DNA of 64,000 nucleotides, taken from Magallana gigas. Lineage: Eukaryota. Shown piece by piece: positions 39,353-53,100 of the stretch (the first letter of the stretch is position 1; every line of letters starts with the position of its first letter). The position numbers and the translations under genes were made by a program. The stretch spans positions 52,266,001 to 52,330,000 of the forward strand of contig NC_088856.1 of the NCBI RefSeq assembly GCF_963853765.1. Direction: 5' to 3'. The notes beneath the pieces were generated by a model. That model was not told the DNA's origin. It made no database searches and saw only the letters and a list, made by a program, of their open reading frames with translations.

Positions 39353-40448
39353 ATGAACACAATGGCTTTTGGATGTATTTTGGCGTATATGACTGTTTTC
39401 ACAGTTGTTGAGATTAACGCCAAAAGTATTCTTATCAAGAATAGTACAGTTAAAAATATCATCAGCGAGAAAACCCCGTCAAATAGTACATTGATGAGTA
39501 CTCTGATGGACCAGCTCTATAAAGAGACCATGCTCCGATTCCAGATCGAGAAAAAAGTGCAAGCTCTCACGCAGAAGGTTTCAAAACTGGAAAAAAGAGA
39601 AGGCTCCGTTTACAATAAACCAAAAGGTAAGGAGAAAAAAGAAAAAATAAAGAGATAAGAAAAAAAACATATAAAGGCTGTTAATTCTATCTGTTCTATC
39701 TGAATTAAACAGGTATTGCAGAAATTGGACCTCTGGTTAAAGCATTTGATAACATCAAGTGCAATGTAAGAATAAATTCATAAAAAGCTGCAAGCTTGAT
39801 ATCACTAATAAATTACATGTACATGTATATGAATTTGTAACTTTTAGCATTCAAATTTAATAGACTGTGTGCTCTTAACCTAATTGTAATAAAATGCTGT
39901 CTGATGACCGATTCATAACTTTAAGTTCAAAAGTCAAGATTTTTGTCCAATACAAACGTATAATTGCATGTAGTATTCATCGAACAATTTGATTTGAAAA
40001 ATATTCAATCATGAATACGCTTTCTCATTAAAAATGGCATGCAAGATATTCGTTTATATCAATAGGAGAGGGATTCTATGCCTACGTATCACGTGACTTG
40101 GCCAATCCTGGAGGTGGTCATACTCTCGTCTATGACGCGTTGATGACGAATTTAAGAGACGGATACAACACACATACGGGTATTTTTACGGTTCCTGTCG
40201 ATGGCCTATACTCATTATCATGGGTGACAAGAGTTTCATGCAGTAAGTCGTACACAAGCCAACTACACGTCAACAAGAGAATTGTAGGCTCTACATTTGC
40301 TTATTGTGGATACAATACCGTCACAGGAAATGCTGTTGTCCAGCTGCGCAAAGGTGATGTTGTTTTTGTGCGCACTCTTTCCGGAAGTGGAAAGATTAGA
40401 AGTAATGAGTACGGGCGCACTTCGTTTTCAGGGGTTCTCGTCAAGTGA
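39353..40448 (+). CDS. C1q domain-containing protein 4
   Basis: Exon 39353-39626 (signal peptide, coiled coil, phase-1 GTAAG) and exon 40066-40448 (gC1q ending FSGVLVK). An upstream exon is likely (acceptor at 39350) but was not located. Confidence 0.87.
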
Positions 40449-43400
40449 TCGACTTTACGTGCAATTTTACTGATTATCAATTAAAGTTACAAAGCATAAT
40501 GATTCGTTTTGTCTCATTACCATTGTAGTTTTATTTGTATGCATTGTAAACTTTATTTAAAGAGGTTCGTTCATTTGATTTTGGGTAGCCGTTTTGGGTC
40601 ACCTCTTGTCCGGAAATTCTGTGTCATATATTAATTCTACTTGTAACTACCAATTTTACAATGCAAAATTTACTAAATTGAATAAAGTAGTTAAGGGAAA
40701 ATTACATATTTACAGAGTTTAGTAAGGAGCTATTTTTGCGGCGGGAGGTTTTTAAAAAGGAAATAAACATTTTTCATACATCAGTTGTTTCAGAGTACTG
40801 TAATTTTAGCTTCCTTATTTTCAGTGCAGACCAAATATCCAGATAGTTTCTGCATTGGGTTACTTTCATGTTTCAAAAACCATATTCAACAATATTTCAT
40901 TAATTCTATCGATATATATTGGCACATTTTACTAATATTTGAAAATAGTCAAGAAAAACTCCAATTTTTCTCTAAAATTAGCTTATTCATGCTATATCTC
41001 AAATTTTACATCATAGACCCATACTTTGATTTTATTTTCTGAATTTTTAAGATATTTTTGACAAGTCTATTAAAATTTTAGAAAAAGTTTGAGACTTTTA
41101 AATACTGTTTTTGCACGTTGAATCGTTAATGGATAAAAATAGCGTTTTATCAGCGCAAAAAGGTCAAAATTATCAATAAGGTGAAGAAATTGCAAACTTT
41201 TTTCTTTATGATTATTTTAATGTTATTAATTTTAAATAATAGAAGTTTGTATTTAATGCCATGGTTCATTTCGATTAAAAATTATTAAGGGAAAAGCGAT
41301 TTATGTGAAATTTGCACTTTCAGTGCAGAAAGGTCATATTAAATACACTGTAGCACCAAAAGAAGCATATAGACCCCAAAATTTTGTTTTAAATTTTGGT
41401 TTAGCTATGTATGTAGATTTTTAAAAAAAATACTTAAGAAAAAAACTTAAAGACTTATGTTCGCAGGATCCAACGTCCTAAATAAAAACATTTTTTTTTT
41501 ATTTAATATTAATCCTCATGTTTCACTTACATGGTATTGTGTTATCAACACACATTCGAAACACAAATATCAATACTTATTATTAAAATTTTGCTTCTAA
41601 AAATTTATTGACATTTTCAAAGTGTTCTTTCTTTCGTGTTTAATGTTTAAGTGTTAATGAAGCTGGTATTTTGGATAATCAAACAAAATAATTACACAGG
41701 CTAATGAACTGTGTCAATATGAATGTACAATACTGCTAGACGCTTTAAATATGAAACATTCCAATCGACAGTGTCGGTAAACGACCGAGTCAGGCTGAGT
41801 ATTATAATGAGTCAACGAGATACATGTAGAAAGAACTGGGACCTGCTTATCAACTTTCTACAAGATGTCCTTTTCTAACTTCTAACCACATCAAACAGGC
41901 TTGACATACTTTATTAATCCTATCGACAATAATACTATCTAATTAGTTTGTACATGCTGTTAACGGTGTTAATCCGCTTTTTAATTTTTTTAGAAGTTGA
42001 CAGTTCAGTTAGACTTTTTTGAATGGGTTAAATAGAAAGGCACGATTTGACAAACATATCTTTAAAAATGTATTTAAATCTTAATACATGTATCTATTTA
42101 TTTTTAGCTTTAGTAAACAGGATAACATTTTTTCATTCTTGATTTCTTTTTTTCTTTTTTTTTGCCTCTTGCACTGGATTAAACAAACTTTCTGAAAAGA
42201 ATATTTAGAACAAACTGCGGCGGTTTTATTTTTTATCAATTTTACCTTTAAAAATTGTAGACGATATTTAAAACAAACAGTGACGTTACAATAGCGGATA
42301 CTTAAACAAACGCAAAGCATTATGGCAATAGGGGTAATTTGTTTTGAACATGCATTTGTGACAAACTTGCTCATTAAAATTTTGGAACCACTGTCTACCC
42401 TGTCATTTGTTTTTACAAAAGAGAAAAGATTCTTTGCAAGAATTGGTTGGAGGTTATTTAAAGAAAACTCTAATACACTGCATCGCGTGTGTCTTGACAA
42501 GTGTCACTAGAAATTAAAGTTTCGAAAAAAAGAAAAGAAAAAAATACGTGTTGTCCAAATTAGAAAGATAAAATGTGTGCATGATCATACTTAAATGCTG
42601 ATATACAAAACATATGTAGAAGCAGGCCAAACAATTTCATTCTAAATCCACACCTTTCCTTTCAGTGCTTCTCCAATTTCACCAAGAAATTGCATTCATT
42701 TGTTATAACATCAAATTACCCGTTCTATGTACAACTGAAAGTAAACAAGATAAGATTTGTTGCTTTCACATTTTGGTAACATGTTACGGTGAATATTGAT
42801 CATGCATTGAGAAATGTTGTAATTGTTAAAATCAAATTACGTTCACTCGCCGTTGAAATGTCAGATTTTTCCTTTTAATTCTAAATGTGCTTGTTCTGCA
42901 TATCGCAACAGGTCAGTGTTTAAGGGCTTCGTGAGAGATACACTCCCCAAAAGTAAAAATGTTGAAAGGATCGAAATATGCAGGTTCTTTATAAAAGAGA
43001 ATTTACATTTAATATCCTGATTATACATTTTATATCATGCGCGTTTTTCTTCTTATTTATATATTTATCCTTTCATTGTTTGTTTGGTTTTTTTTGAGAA
43101 GGGGGTATGAGGTTTGATTCCCTGGAACTCTTTTCCGTAGTGTTCAGTATTTTAGAATTTTTATGTGTAAAACAATCAAATCATTGATTTGTGTTCATTT
43201 TGCCATGTTTTGGTGGTCATGAAATACCTTTATTTCTGGCGTTTTGCAATATTTAGGCAAACAGGTAATGAAAATAAAACTCATCACGCAACATAGCTTT
43301 AACAGAGACGTTGGTACATGTAAACAAGTGATTATATAGGTATATAAGAGTAATTAGTGCTTATATCACACCTTAACGGTTTCTTTTCATTATTTATCTA

Positions 43401-43970
43401 ATTCAGTCAAGCAATTCAAGTCACACGAATGGGTAGATAAAATCAAATTTCCAGATAAATTTACTCATGGCATGCAATTAAAATATTGGTTAATTTTGCC
43501 GTCGTAATAGCAAGCTTTCATTGATCGATCTTGTCATTTTCCGACTAGCTTATATAACATGCAATGATACCAATAGCAATTAATTAAATGCGTGCGTTTT
43601 ATCCGTGACCTTCGATGAACCTTGTTAAATAGATAAAAGCTGGTTCTCTGTTTCATGACATTTCGTGTGTGTTTTCGACATTTGATTTATAAATATAGAT
43701 AAAAGACAGTGGGGCAATCCGTAATTTGCTGAAGATTTATGAAAAGTGATATAATTGAAAAGGATATGTTCGTGTATCTGCTTCGAGATTAGTCAGGTTT
43801 TTTAAACAGTTAAATCCTAAAACTGCAAAAGATGAAAAGGAACCGAAGTCAATTTTAAAAACGCATGGACTTTTCTTGTGAGGGGTTTTTAGTTTAAAAT
43901 TGCCTGTCTACCTTGCATTGCTCATTTTCCATTTACAACAGTCAAGTGACAGAGTACTCTAACGTTAACT

Positions 43971-46900
43971 ATGCCAACAACATACAACTGCACGGACCCT
44001 GAAGCAGTGAATAAGGCTTACTATGTCGTGGTCAAGTCGTACTATGTTGACAGGGATCAGGTGTACTATATATGCTATGCCGACTATTCCATGAACGGGA
44101 GCCCCACCCTCACGTGTGACGGGGCCACGGGGAATTGGACGGGGAACTACCCCAAGTGTAGCTTGACCACCACCACCGTCACCACCACGACAACCACCCA
44201 GCCCTCAGACGGTAACTTTGAACTTTGAATATTGACCCCCTGTTTTCTTCTTGACCATGTATCTCTAAAGTTAATCATTCGTTAACTTTAATGGGCATGG
44301 TCGCGATCTCGGTCAAATTCTATTTTTCTGTTTTTATTATTTACAATGCTTTAGGAATGCATATCTCATGATCATGTTAAATTTGAGAGTCAGTCGTAGA
44401 GTTATAAGCAAGATACAGGGCTCACAATTCTTTGTCATGTAAACAAGACTCGTGCCCTGTTTTTGTTTTCATAGGTTCAGTATTACCGTAAAAAAAATTT
44501 GAGCTAATTTGTCTATCTCCGTATTCATCTTTAGCATAAATAAAGTGTTCCTAACATTTAACACATTCATTTTAGGTCTAAAAACTGGAATTCTCCCTTC
44601 AACATTTAAAATGTAAACAAAAGCTTTGTTTACCTAGCAAAAAATTTTAAGCTCCGTAACTCGTTTATAACTCAACGAACGACACTCAAATGTTGGTTGT
44701 CTATTAGAAATACCTCAATGAAGCATTGTAAACACTATAATGGAAAAAAATATATTTTGACAAAAATCGTGACCATACCCCTTTAAGGTAATTTTTGGGG
44801 GTTTTGTATTTGATGTATTTGTATTTTCAATAATATCTTATTCTTTTAAGATTACATATATAATGAATATTATAAATATCTGTAATATTATTTTAGTTCT
44901 TTAGAGCTAGGTCGATTGAACATTTTGAAATTGCTACGTTTTACTTTTAAATTTGTAAATTTATGCTTTCACTTTCGTTCCATGACTAGCTTTTTTCTCT
45001 TATATCTTAATTTTTTTATTATTAAGCACAACTTTATGAATAACCTTGTACATGTGTTGCTTTTTTAATTCTTTTCTTTAAAGTATTGCATGTTTAGTGT
45101 ATTGGGAAAGTTCTATAAAGGTTTAATATTTCAAAATTTAAAAAACAAACTCAAACGACTATATATAGATTATTTGTTGATGTATTTTCACCTGTGTAGT
45201 AAACAAAATCTACATTAAATGTCTCATTATACATGTATATCAAGAGAAATCACCGCAAAAGATGTTTATTATGTAGTCTCTAGAATATGACAAAAATGGT
45301 ATTCGAAAAAAATATTTCCACTTTTTTGAAAACATGTGAAAAATTGAAGTGAAAATAAGGAAAACAACAGTGAAATCAAAGTTATAGGTAACGCAACCCC
45401 AGCCCCCCATCCCACCCCCTCAGGACGGATAAGGATTTTGATTATTTGCACATTTTCAAATTTTAATTTATATTTTTCATTATAAGTAGTATTATTTTTT
45501 TGCTCGTCAAGATCTTTAAGACTGGCCCCCGCTTTCAAAAATGATGCTACGTACCTGAACTGGGATAGACAATACTATAATATGTTTTTCACCTGTTTAC
45601 AGACTGGCTATATGTTGGGGTCGGGCTGATGTCATTTCTAGCACTACTCTTCCTGCTGATTGTACTTCTTGCATGTATATTTCTATGTTACCGCCTATGC
45701 AGGTAAGAAAAGCTGTTTATTTATAGTTTCATAGAACAAGACCCATTTTTACTGGTTTTTTTTTTTGTTTTTTGTGTGGTTTTTTTTGGGTTTTTTTTTT
45801 TTTTTTTTTGTCTTTTATTTTTTTTTTTTTTGGTGGGGGGGGGGGAGGGGGGGGGGGGGTTAGTTGTAACCTTTTCAATGTGTTCGTACGATATGATTAA
45901 CTTTAAAAGAAATTTTATTAAGGAATATTCATTTCTTTTTACAATTTTGTGTAGCATTATTGTCCAACTTGAAACAGACTATAAAAATACTTTTAAGACT
46001 ATCTTACTTTTAATCGTAGGCAAGAATTTTTGTTAAGGAATTACAAACAGTATACAATCGTTTCTATGAAAAAAACAATGAGTTGCCAGGGTTACAAGTT
46101 CCTGGTTGAAACTAACTGAGGGGGAAATGAAATTAAAAGAGAAGCCTTTGAAAAAATATCAAAGAAAGTACATCTAAACAATATGATTGCTTGTTTTTGA
46201 AGTTGATGAAGGTATAAATTTGCAAACATTACAAAAATTACATAACCCGCCTTTGCATTTTAAACATAATGACATTCTTTAAGCAATAAGGAATCATTCT
46301 TTGAGTATTATGAGGTGATCAAATACGGTCGGGGAGATCAAATTCAGTAATGTCCGAAGGGTTTAAATGATCGATTTCATCACCTCGACCGTATTTGATC
46401 ACCTCCTATAATATTTTTATAGGATTGATTCCTTATTACTAGTATTCATATTTTTTAGCAATTGTATGATTATTATTAAAAATAGTCATTATGAAATGTA
46501 TTGGACTATACATTACAAAATCGGGTTGTGGTGTTATCATAGATAAAGACACATAGAAACTCGAGCGACTGTGCTGAAGAACTATCATCTTACCAGTTAA
46601 CATTGATCTCTACAGTGTATCGTTGTTAAAAAATTCACCCATGCTGAGAAACACATAGTATAAGATTCCATATATATGCATATATAAGACCAAATGTTTG
46701 TTTCCACTACTGTAAACATTGAAATTTTGCGGGGTAAAATGTTGCTATCTCTGCGTATCTTACTGTTATTTCAGGATCAAATTTTGTCCCAATAGCTAAT
46801 GAAAAAATATATCATTCATAATTTATGGAACACTCTTTTCGAAAATGATAACAAATGTTACCATGTTTACAACATCTCGATCACTTGCTAAACCCATACT

Positions 46901-47211
46901 CTTTCAGGAAACGGTCCAAAGTGAACGCTCTGCACGGGATCCAGGAACAGCTGGATGTCGGCTGCTGCTACGCGTGCTGCATGCGTTGTTGTCTGAAATG
47001 CTGCAGATGCTGTGCAGAAGATGATGACCTGAAAGGGAACCTCACCCCTCCACAGAGGGACACTTCCGTCTCCCCTTCGTCGGTTGTCCTTGACGACAGG
47101 TCGGGCTGGACACCAAAGACGATACGAAAAGAAGTCAAGCCCGCCAAGGAAATCACGGAGTGGAAACCGCACTCCAACCCGATGAGGAATATCAACACAA
47201 GTACAAAATAG
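43971..47211 (+). CDS. Sushi/CCP-domain single-pass membrane protein, paralog 1 (214 aa)
   Basis: Exons 43971-44211 (four-Cys CCP with V-Y-x-C, G...TC, G-x-W...P-K-C, then Thr stalk), 45603-45702 (TM) and 46908-47211 (Cys-rich tail). Phases 1 and 2. Confidence 0.86.
44288..44786. mobile_element. MITE flanked by TTAA (Kolobok- or piggyBac-type non-autonomous element)
   Basis: ttaa-tgggcatggtcgcgatc ... aaatcgtgaccatacccct-ttaa: imperfect ~19 bp TIRs with TTAA on both sides. Confidence 0.68.
46285..46437. mobile_element. ~150 bp palindromic element in Sushi-1 intron 2; a degenerate relative lies at ~18090-18225
   Basis: aataaggaatca...gaggtgatcaaatacggtcg mirrored by cgaccgtatttgatcacctc...tgattccttatt. 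Confidence 0.72.
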
Positions 47212-48770
47212 TGCTTCGAAGAATGACGTCACATAATCGAACACAAAGTGCCCGGATGACTGGACATTTACCGTCGTGATGTCATTACATGGACAATTTG
47301 GACATCGCATGATCGTGATCATTGACGCGAGATGATGTGAAGTTGAAGTTATCTGTAATTTTCTCTGCCAAAATCGATCAATTTTTTTATGATTAGATCG
47401 AGTGTGTACACTCTAGTGTTTTGTTTTATCAGTACGTCTTTTGTTTTATGTTTTACCAGTACATAATAACTAAGAATCCGTTTGAAATGGTTTTTATTCA
47501 CTGGAGTGCATTTTGTTCATGTTTTATGTCCCATATTGTCCTATACAAAAATGTTAATTCCTGTCCATCAGAATTTTGATTGTCAAGAAACAATGTCAAA
47601 TATAGAATTCATGAAAGATTGGGGTTTATTTTTGTAAAAGGATATTATATATATTTAAATCCTAGATGAGGAATCAAAGTATATTTGATATATCGGTAAA
47701 GCCTAAAACATTTTCATTTTGTATATGCACTGTACTGATTTCAGCGAGAGGTGTCAGACCTCATTTGTTATTAGTTGTTTGTCAAATACAACTTCTTTGT
47801 TAATTCGTGTTATGTGGTTCTGTTTTCTTCTGTTGGGGTTTATTTTTTTGGGGTGGGGGCGGGTGTTTTGTGGTTGGGGGTCGTATTTGTTTTTTTGTTT
47901 TTTTTAGGAGGGATGAGGGTATTTCTTTCAATTCTGCTTTCATTAAGGGTGATGGTGGGGGGGGGGGTGTGATTTTTGTGGATTTTAAATCAAGAATCGT
48001 AAAACGATTATCAGCTTAAGTTGTAAATGATAGCAGTTGGTCATCGTGACTGTAATGTAATTGTAAATAAATCGGCGAAACCGACAATTAAAGGCGCAAA
48101 AACGTCTTACTTAGAAAGATTCGGCCTTTGAGCCCATGTATATGGACTTCGGACCGCACGATAAGTCTGGCGATGTCTTAAAACTACTTAATGACCGTGC
48201 AATTAGGTAGATTGCACTGATTAATTTTATTTCAACTGACTTTATTGACTCTCAAATTAAATGGGTAACTGACAATTAAAGACTATATAAACTTTCTCCC
48301 AAAAACAAAGTAAGATATATTGAAGCTACAATTAACATATTTACATTGATTAGAGCATTAATTAATGGTCTACAGAGTGATATCATTGCGATTTTGTACG
48401 TGTTCATTAGAAATTGGAAAATGAAATCATTAGACAGGTTAGGTGTCTTAACCTTATGACCTTAATTATACATTTGTTGTTTTCGAAACAATTTTTGTTT
48501 CAACGTGTGCCAACTCACTACCTGTATTGATTGCACAGACTTACAGATAACAGCGTATAAAGACAGCATTGATAGCAGTGTCTCTTAAATTACATGTAAA
48601 CAGTTGTTTTAACTTTTGCGTGACAGTCAGTTTGATTTATGTTTTAAAATTGTACATTTGACAAACAGTGCTATTATTTTCCCTGCTATACTGACATTTG
48701 AATTGTTAAATTACAAAAAATGGGCAGTCACACCGAACACTTTAAAGAAATTATTTTCACTCTCAATATA

Positions 48771-48773
<3 letters not shown>

Positions 48774-48816
<43 letters not shown>

Positions 48817-48871
48817 AAGGAGGCAATAAATATAAAGTATTTTACCTTTAAAATATTGTTGGAATAAACAG

Positions 48872-48934
<63 letters not shown>

Positions 48935-48989
48935 AAGGAGGCAATAAATAGAAAGTATTTTACCTTTAAAATATTGTTGGAATAAACAG

Positions 48990-49043
<54 letters not shown>

Positions 49044-49099
49044 AGGAGGCAATAAATAGAAAGTATTTTACCTTTAAAATATTGTTGGAATAAACAGAA

Positions 49100-49168
<69 letters not shown>

Positions 49169-49223
49169 AAGAAGACAATAAATAGAAAGTATTTTACCTT
49201 TAAAATATTGTTGGAATAAACAG

Positions 49224-49264
<41 letters not shown>

Positions 49265-49300
49265 GATCTCTCTCTCTTTTTCTGATCTCTTTCTGATCTC

Positions 49301-49358
<58 letters not shown>

Positions 49359-49412
49359 AGGAGGCCATAAATAGAAAGTATTTTACCTTTAAAATATTGT
49401 TGGAATGAACAG

Positions 49413-49451
<39 letters not shown>

Positions 49452-49462
49452 CTCTCTCTCTC
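48774..49462. repeat. Compound array of five ~60 bp units separated by variable-length (CT)n tracts
   Basis: Unit caaggaggcaataaatagaaagtattttacctttaaaatattgttggaataaacagaat at ~48816, 48933, 49042, 49167 and 49356. Confidence 0.94.
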
Positions 49463-50149
49463 CCGCGTGTTTCCCCTGTCTCGGGCTCTATGAGTACAAT
49501 GATCCTGTTTGTGTCGTGCCATTGTGTTTTTATGCCGTTACCAGGTAGTAGAAGTCTCGCTGAAGTGTTTAAAGAGGGTAACCTATTCATTTATCTGTTG
49601 ACTTAACTTTCTTTCGTAATTCAATCGTTCCATCCTTTTGAATTTTAAGATCATAAAACAAGGAGGTGTCTGATAGATTTCGGTATTTAAATAAAAAGCT
49701 CTTCCATCCCGTACACACGAGTACATTTTCTAGGACGGATCTACACAATCTTGAAGAAGGATTATCGTTTTGACACTGCAATATATCGGGACGTTAAAGA
49801 GTTACATAACGGCTTCTGTTGTGCATTTCGAATCGTTTTTTGAACTGTTTCCCATTCTTTGGGCCAAATAATCATCTTTTTTAAGAAGTCGAGTACGATT
49901 TCACAGATCGGAAGCGGTTCCGTCATAATTTGATGTATTTATATGAAACGTGCGAAGTAACCGCATTTGCCGAAGTGAAATTCGATATCTCAAATACAGA
50001 AGAAAGTCTTGTAAAAATAATGACAAACTTTGGGTTCAGTTCATATTAGCTGTCACCAGCAATAAAATAGAACCATTTTCCTTTTTTAAAAACATTATCC
50101 TATCGATACCAGAGAGAGGAGGGGGAGAAAGTTGTAAGATCCTGAGGAA

Positions 50150-53100
50150 ATGTCGGCGTACAACTGTTCAGATCCTAGCGGGGTGTCCAATGGTTATCAT
50201 GTGATAGACAAGACTTACTATGAGAACGGTGATCAGGTGTACTTTATCTGCCACTCCTCGTACTCACTGGAAGGGAACCCCACCCTGACGTGCGATGGCA
50301 ACACTGGGAACTGGTCAGGGACGTACCCCACGTGTTCCGCGACCACCACTACCACTGATGCTCCGGAGTACGAAGGTAAAAAGGACAAAAAGTTTACACC
50401 CACAAATTAAGGAATAGGGAATCATTTTCTTTTTTTAGCATTTTGGTTTTATTAAATTGTTCAAAGATATGAAATATTAGATTATTGACATTTTTGAATT
50501 ATTTTCATTTCGTATAATTATAGTATGCAAACCCTGCTTGCACCCCAAAACACGGTGTTTCCGTCATTGAAGAAATGCTTCAAATTCTATAGTGTCATCA
50601 CAAACAAGACACTAGAATATGTAAAAATAAGCAGATACATTCAGGTATAGAAAATACTTATTTGTAAGTTTACAGCCGTGTTATTTGTATTTATAGAATA
50701 TTTTTGTTAGTGGTCATTCAAGTCAGCTTAACCAAAAGTATGCAGATTTGTTATCATAATGCCTCTTCTGTCTCGGTAATCACCGATCGTTAATTCATGC
50801 GAACATTTTCTTGATTACTAGTATGTCATTTTGAAATCAATTAAAAGGTAGAAAGATATCAATTCAAATAAAATCAAAACAAAACAATGTAGGAATCAAA
50901 ACAAAACAATGGAGGAGCCCGGGAAAATAACAATGATTAAGATTTTCAAAGCAGAATAAATATTAATAAACACAATTAGATAAGATCAAAAAACGATGAA
51001 AAACAGAATTTGTAGAAAATCAGTTTTAAAAGTGCAAAATATATTTGCTTAATTTGTTCTCAATTAAGAAGTTACAGTGTTTTGAAATGGTGTACAGAAA
51101 ATCTGATCTAGAAAGTGTTTCAATTAATTCTTTATCGATTGAAGTTAACTTTTTTACGATATTATTTTGTTGCAAAATGGAATTTTAATCCCTAGATATG
51201 TAAATAAAAGAGTTTAATTCATGTCACATGACATAATAAGGATACATTTTGAATTCATTGTATTGATTCCTGTTTTCTTGCATAATTATTTGAAAAAAAA
51301 AATAAAAATAATTCAGGACTCTTAATATTACTATAGTCTATGCAGTTGTCATAACATGAAATGCAATCAAATGATATTTTTAAAAAAAATAAAATAAAAT
51401 GAAATTCGTACATGTACATGATTGCTAGTAGATGCACTGATCTCGATATTACGTATAATAATTACTAAAGAACAAAAACCACTTTGTTCAACCTTTTTCA
51501 CAAGGAAAACGAAGTAAGTGCAAGGTCGCAAACCACGCCCAATGTGTATGATCCTCTTTGTAGAAGGGAGCTATGCAGACTCCGAATCGTGATTTGAGAC
51601 GATAAAATACATGAGATTAATTTTCGTAAACATACAAGATTTCTCCAAACAAAACTCAAAAATCCATTCACGGATCTAAGTGTATATGTCTGTGGTGAGG
51701 AAGGTGGTAGGGTTCCCGCGTATCCCTGGAAAATTCAATTTTATCGCGATATTCTGTATTAGCGTATTAGGCCAGGGCTTGGACACCCCCCCCCCCCCCA
51801 TCCCCGGCAAACAAAACGTATCCGTCAGAATCCAACCCCTGGGAAAATTTTCTAGATCCAGCAAGAAACTAATGTAGAGACTAGCATCTGAAAGCGTTAG
51901 TAAATACATTGTACGTTGTTAAGACATATTCATTGATTTCTTTACATGTAAGTATTTCCTTAAATCGGTTCACGTTAGTATTTATGACTGGAACAGAATT
52001 GCTCAAATTTGCAATTTTTATTATTTGAAAAAATAACAAACAAACAAAAAATTGAATAATCAGAAACCAAACAGTTCATTTTTTTTTATTTTTTTTTTTC
52101 CTGTTTAGCTTAACACTATATAAAATACCTGTTTTCAAAACAAAATAATTTTCTGAGTGAATTTAACAAAAAAGAAATAAACTTTATATAACATGTACTT
52201 GTCCTTATTAATTATTTGGTATTTTTTCTTTAATGATCATTCATCAAATTGAATCTTATAACCATTTTATTTCAAAAAGTTCTTTAATCGTTCATCTACA
52301 GTTTGATGATAAAAGAAAAAACCCTCAGGCTGATTACGCGTGGTAACGGTGATTCCCGTACTTAGATACCTCTGTTTTTAGATATATATAAACTGACCTG
52401 ATTTCGGAGTTAACAACTTCGAGTCCCTAGCAATAAACAGGATATGGGTTTCATGTCAAATACGTTTTTTTATCTATTCCCAATATATATCATGAACATA
52501 ACAAATTAAAAAGCAATATCCACTATATTTTACGACACTCTTAACCGGTTTACGGCATAATCTCTTTGACATAAATTTCACATTTTACGACATTGTCTCT
52601 TACGTAAAAGGAGGATCAATGCAATTAATTGAACATATTAGAAAACGTCAAATATTTGTTTAAAGCCTTTTGACGACAGAACACCTGATATTAGGAATTG
52701 GGAATAGAGCAATATTTCGTCCAAGGCTAGTTTTGCTCGTTTATATGCACCTTGACAAATATGCAAGAGTGCAAATCATTAAAGCTGTGCTCTCGGTGAC
52801 ATTTTTATTATCGTTAAAGAGGTTTCTGCACAGTGGTGATTTAAATGACCATGATTTTCGATAACAAACCGAACATCATAGACTGGAAGTTTATTAAATT
52901 TGATTCAGGGATGATAAGCATTTTACATATTACATTTTTTTTTTCAATTTTGTTTATTTACAAAAGCAATACATTTGTTGTTTTTTTTTCTCCAAAAATG
53001 AGACAACGAAGTTACATCATCTTGGTTACTTGTAATATCGTTCTTTTTTATCTGTTAGACGTTTTAAGAAAATATAGAAGTTATACAAGTTTTACATCAG

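Noticed and set aside
47200-47211. PDZ-binding motif at the Sushi-family C-termini (STK, STR, STN)
   Set aside because: The terminal residue is not hydrophobic, so it does not fit class I PDZ ligands.
45776-48019. Hydrophobic F/G-rich ORFs and G-runs (45776-46036, 47719-48019)
   Set aside because: Low-complexity T/G homopolymer tracts; any G-quadruplex potential is unremarkable.
48763-49522. Long poly-ER ORFs (201 and 224 aa)
   Set aside because: Translations of the (CT)n/60 bp array; no coding signal.
49490-49544. Candidate signal-peptide exon [18 protein letters not shown]|GT upstream of Sushi-2; phase-compatible with an AG at 50137-50138
   Set aside because: That acceptor has a purine-rich upstream tract, and no equivalent same-phase exon was found for the other paralogs. 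Not excluded without RNA data.
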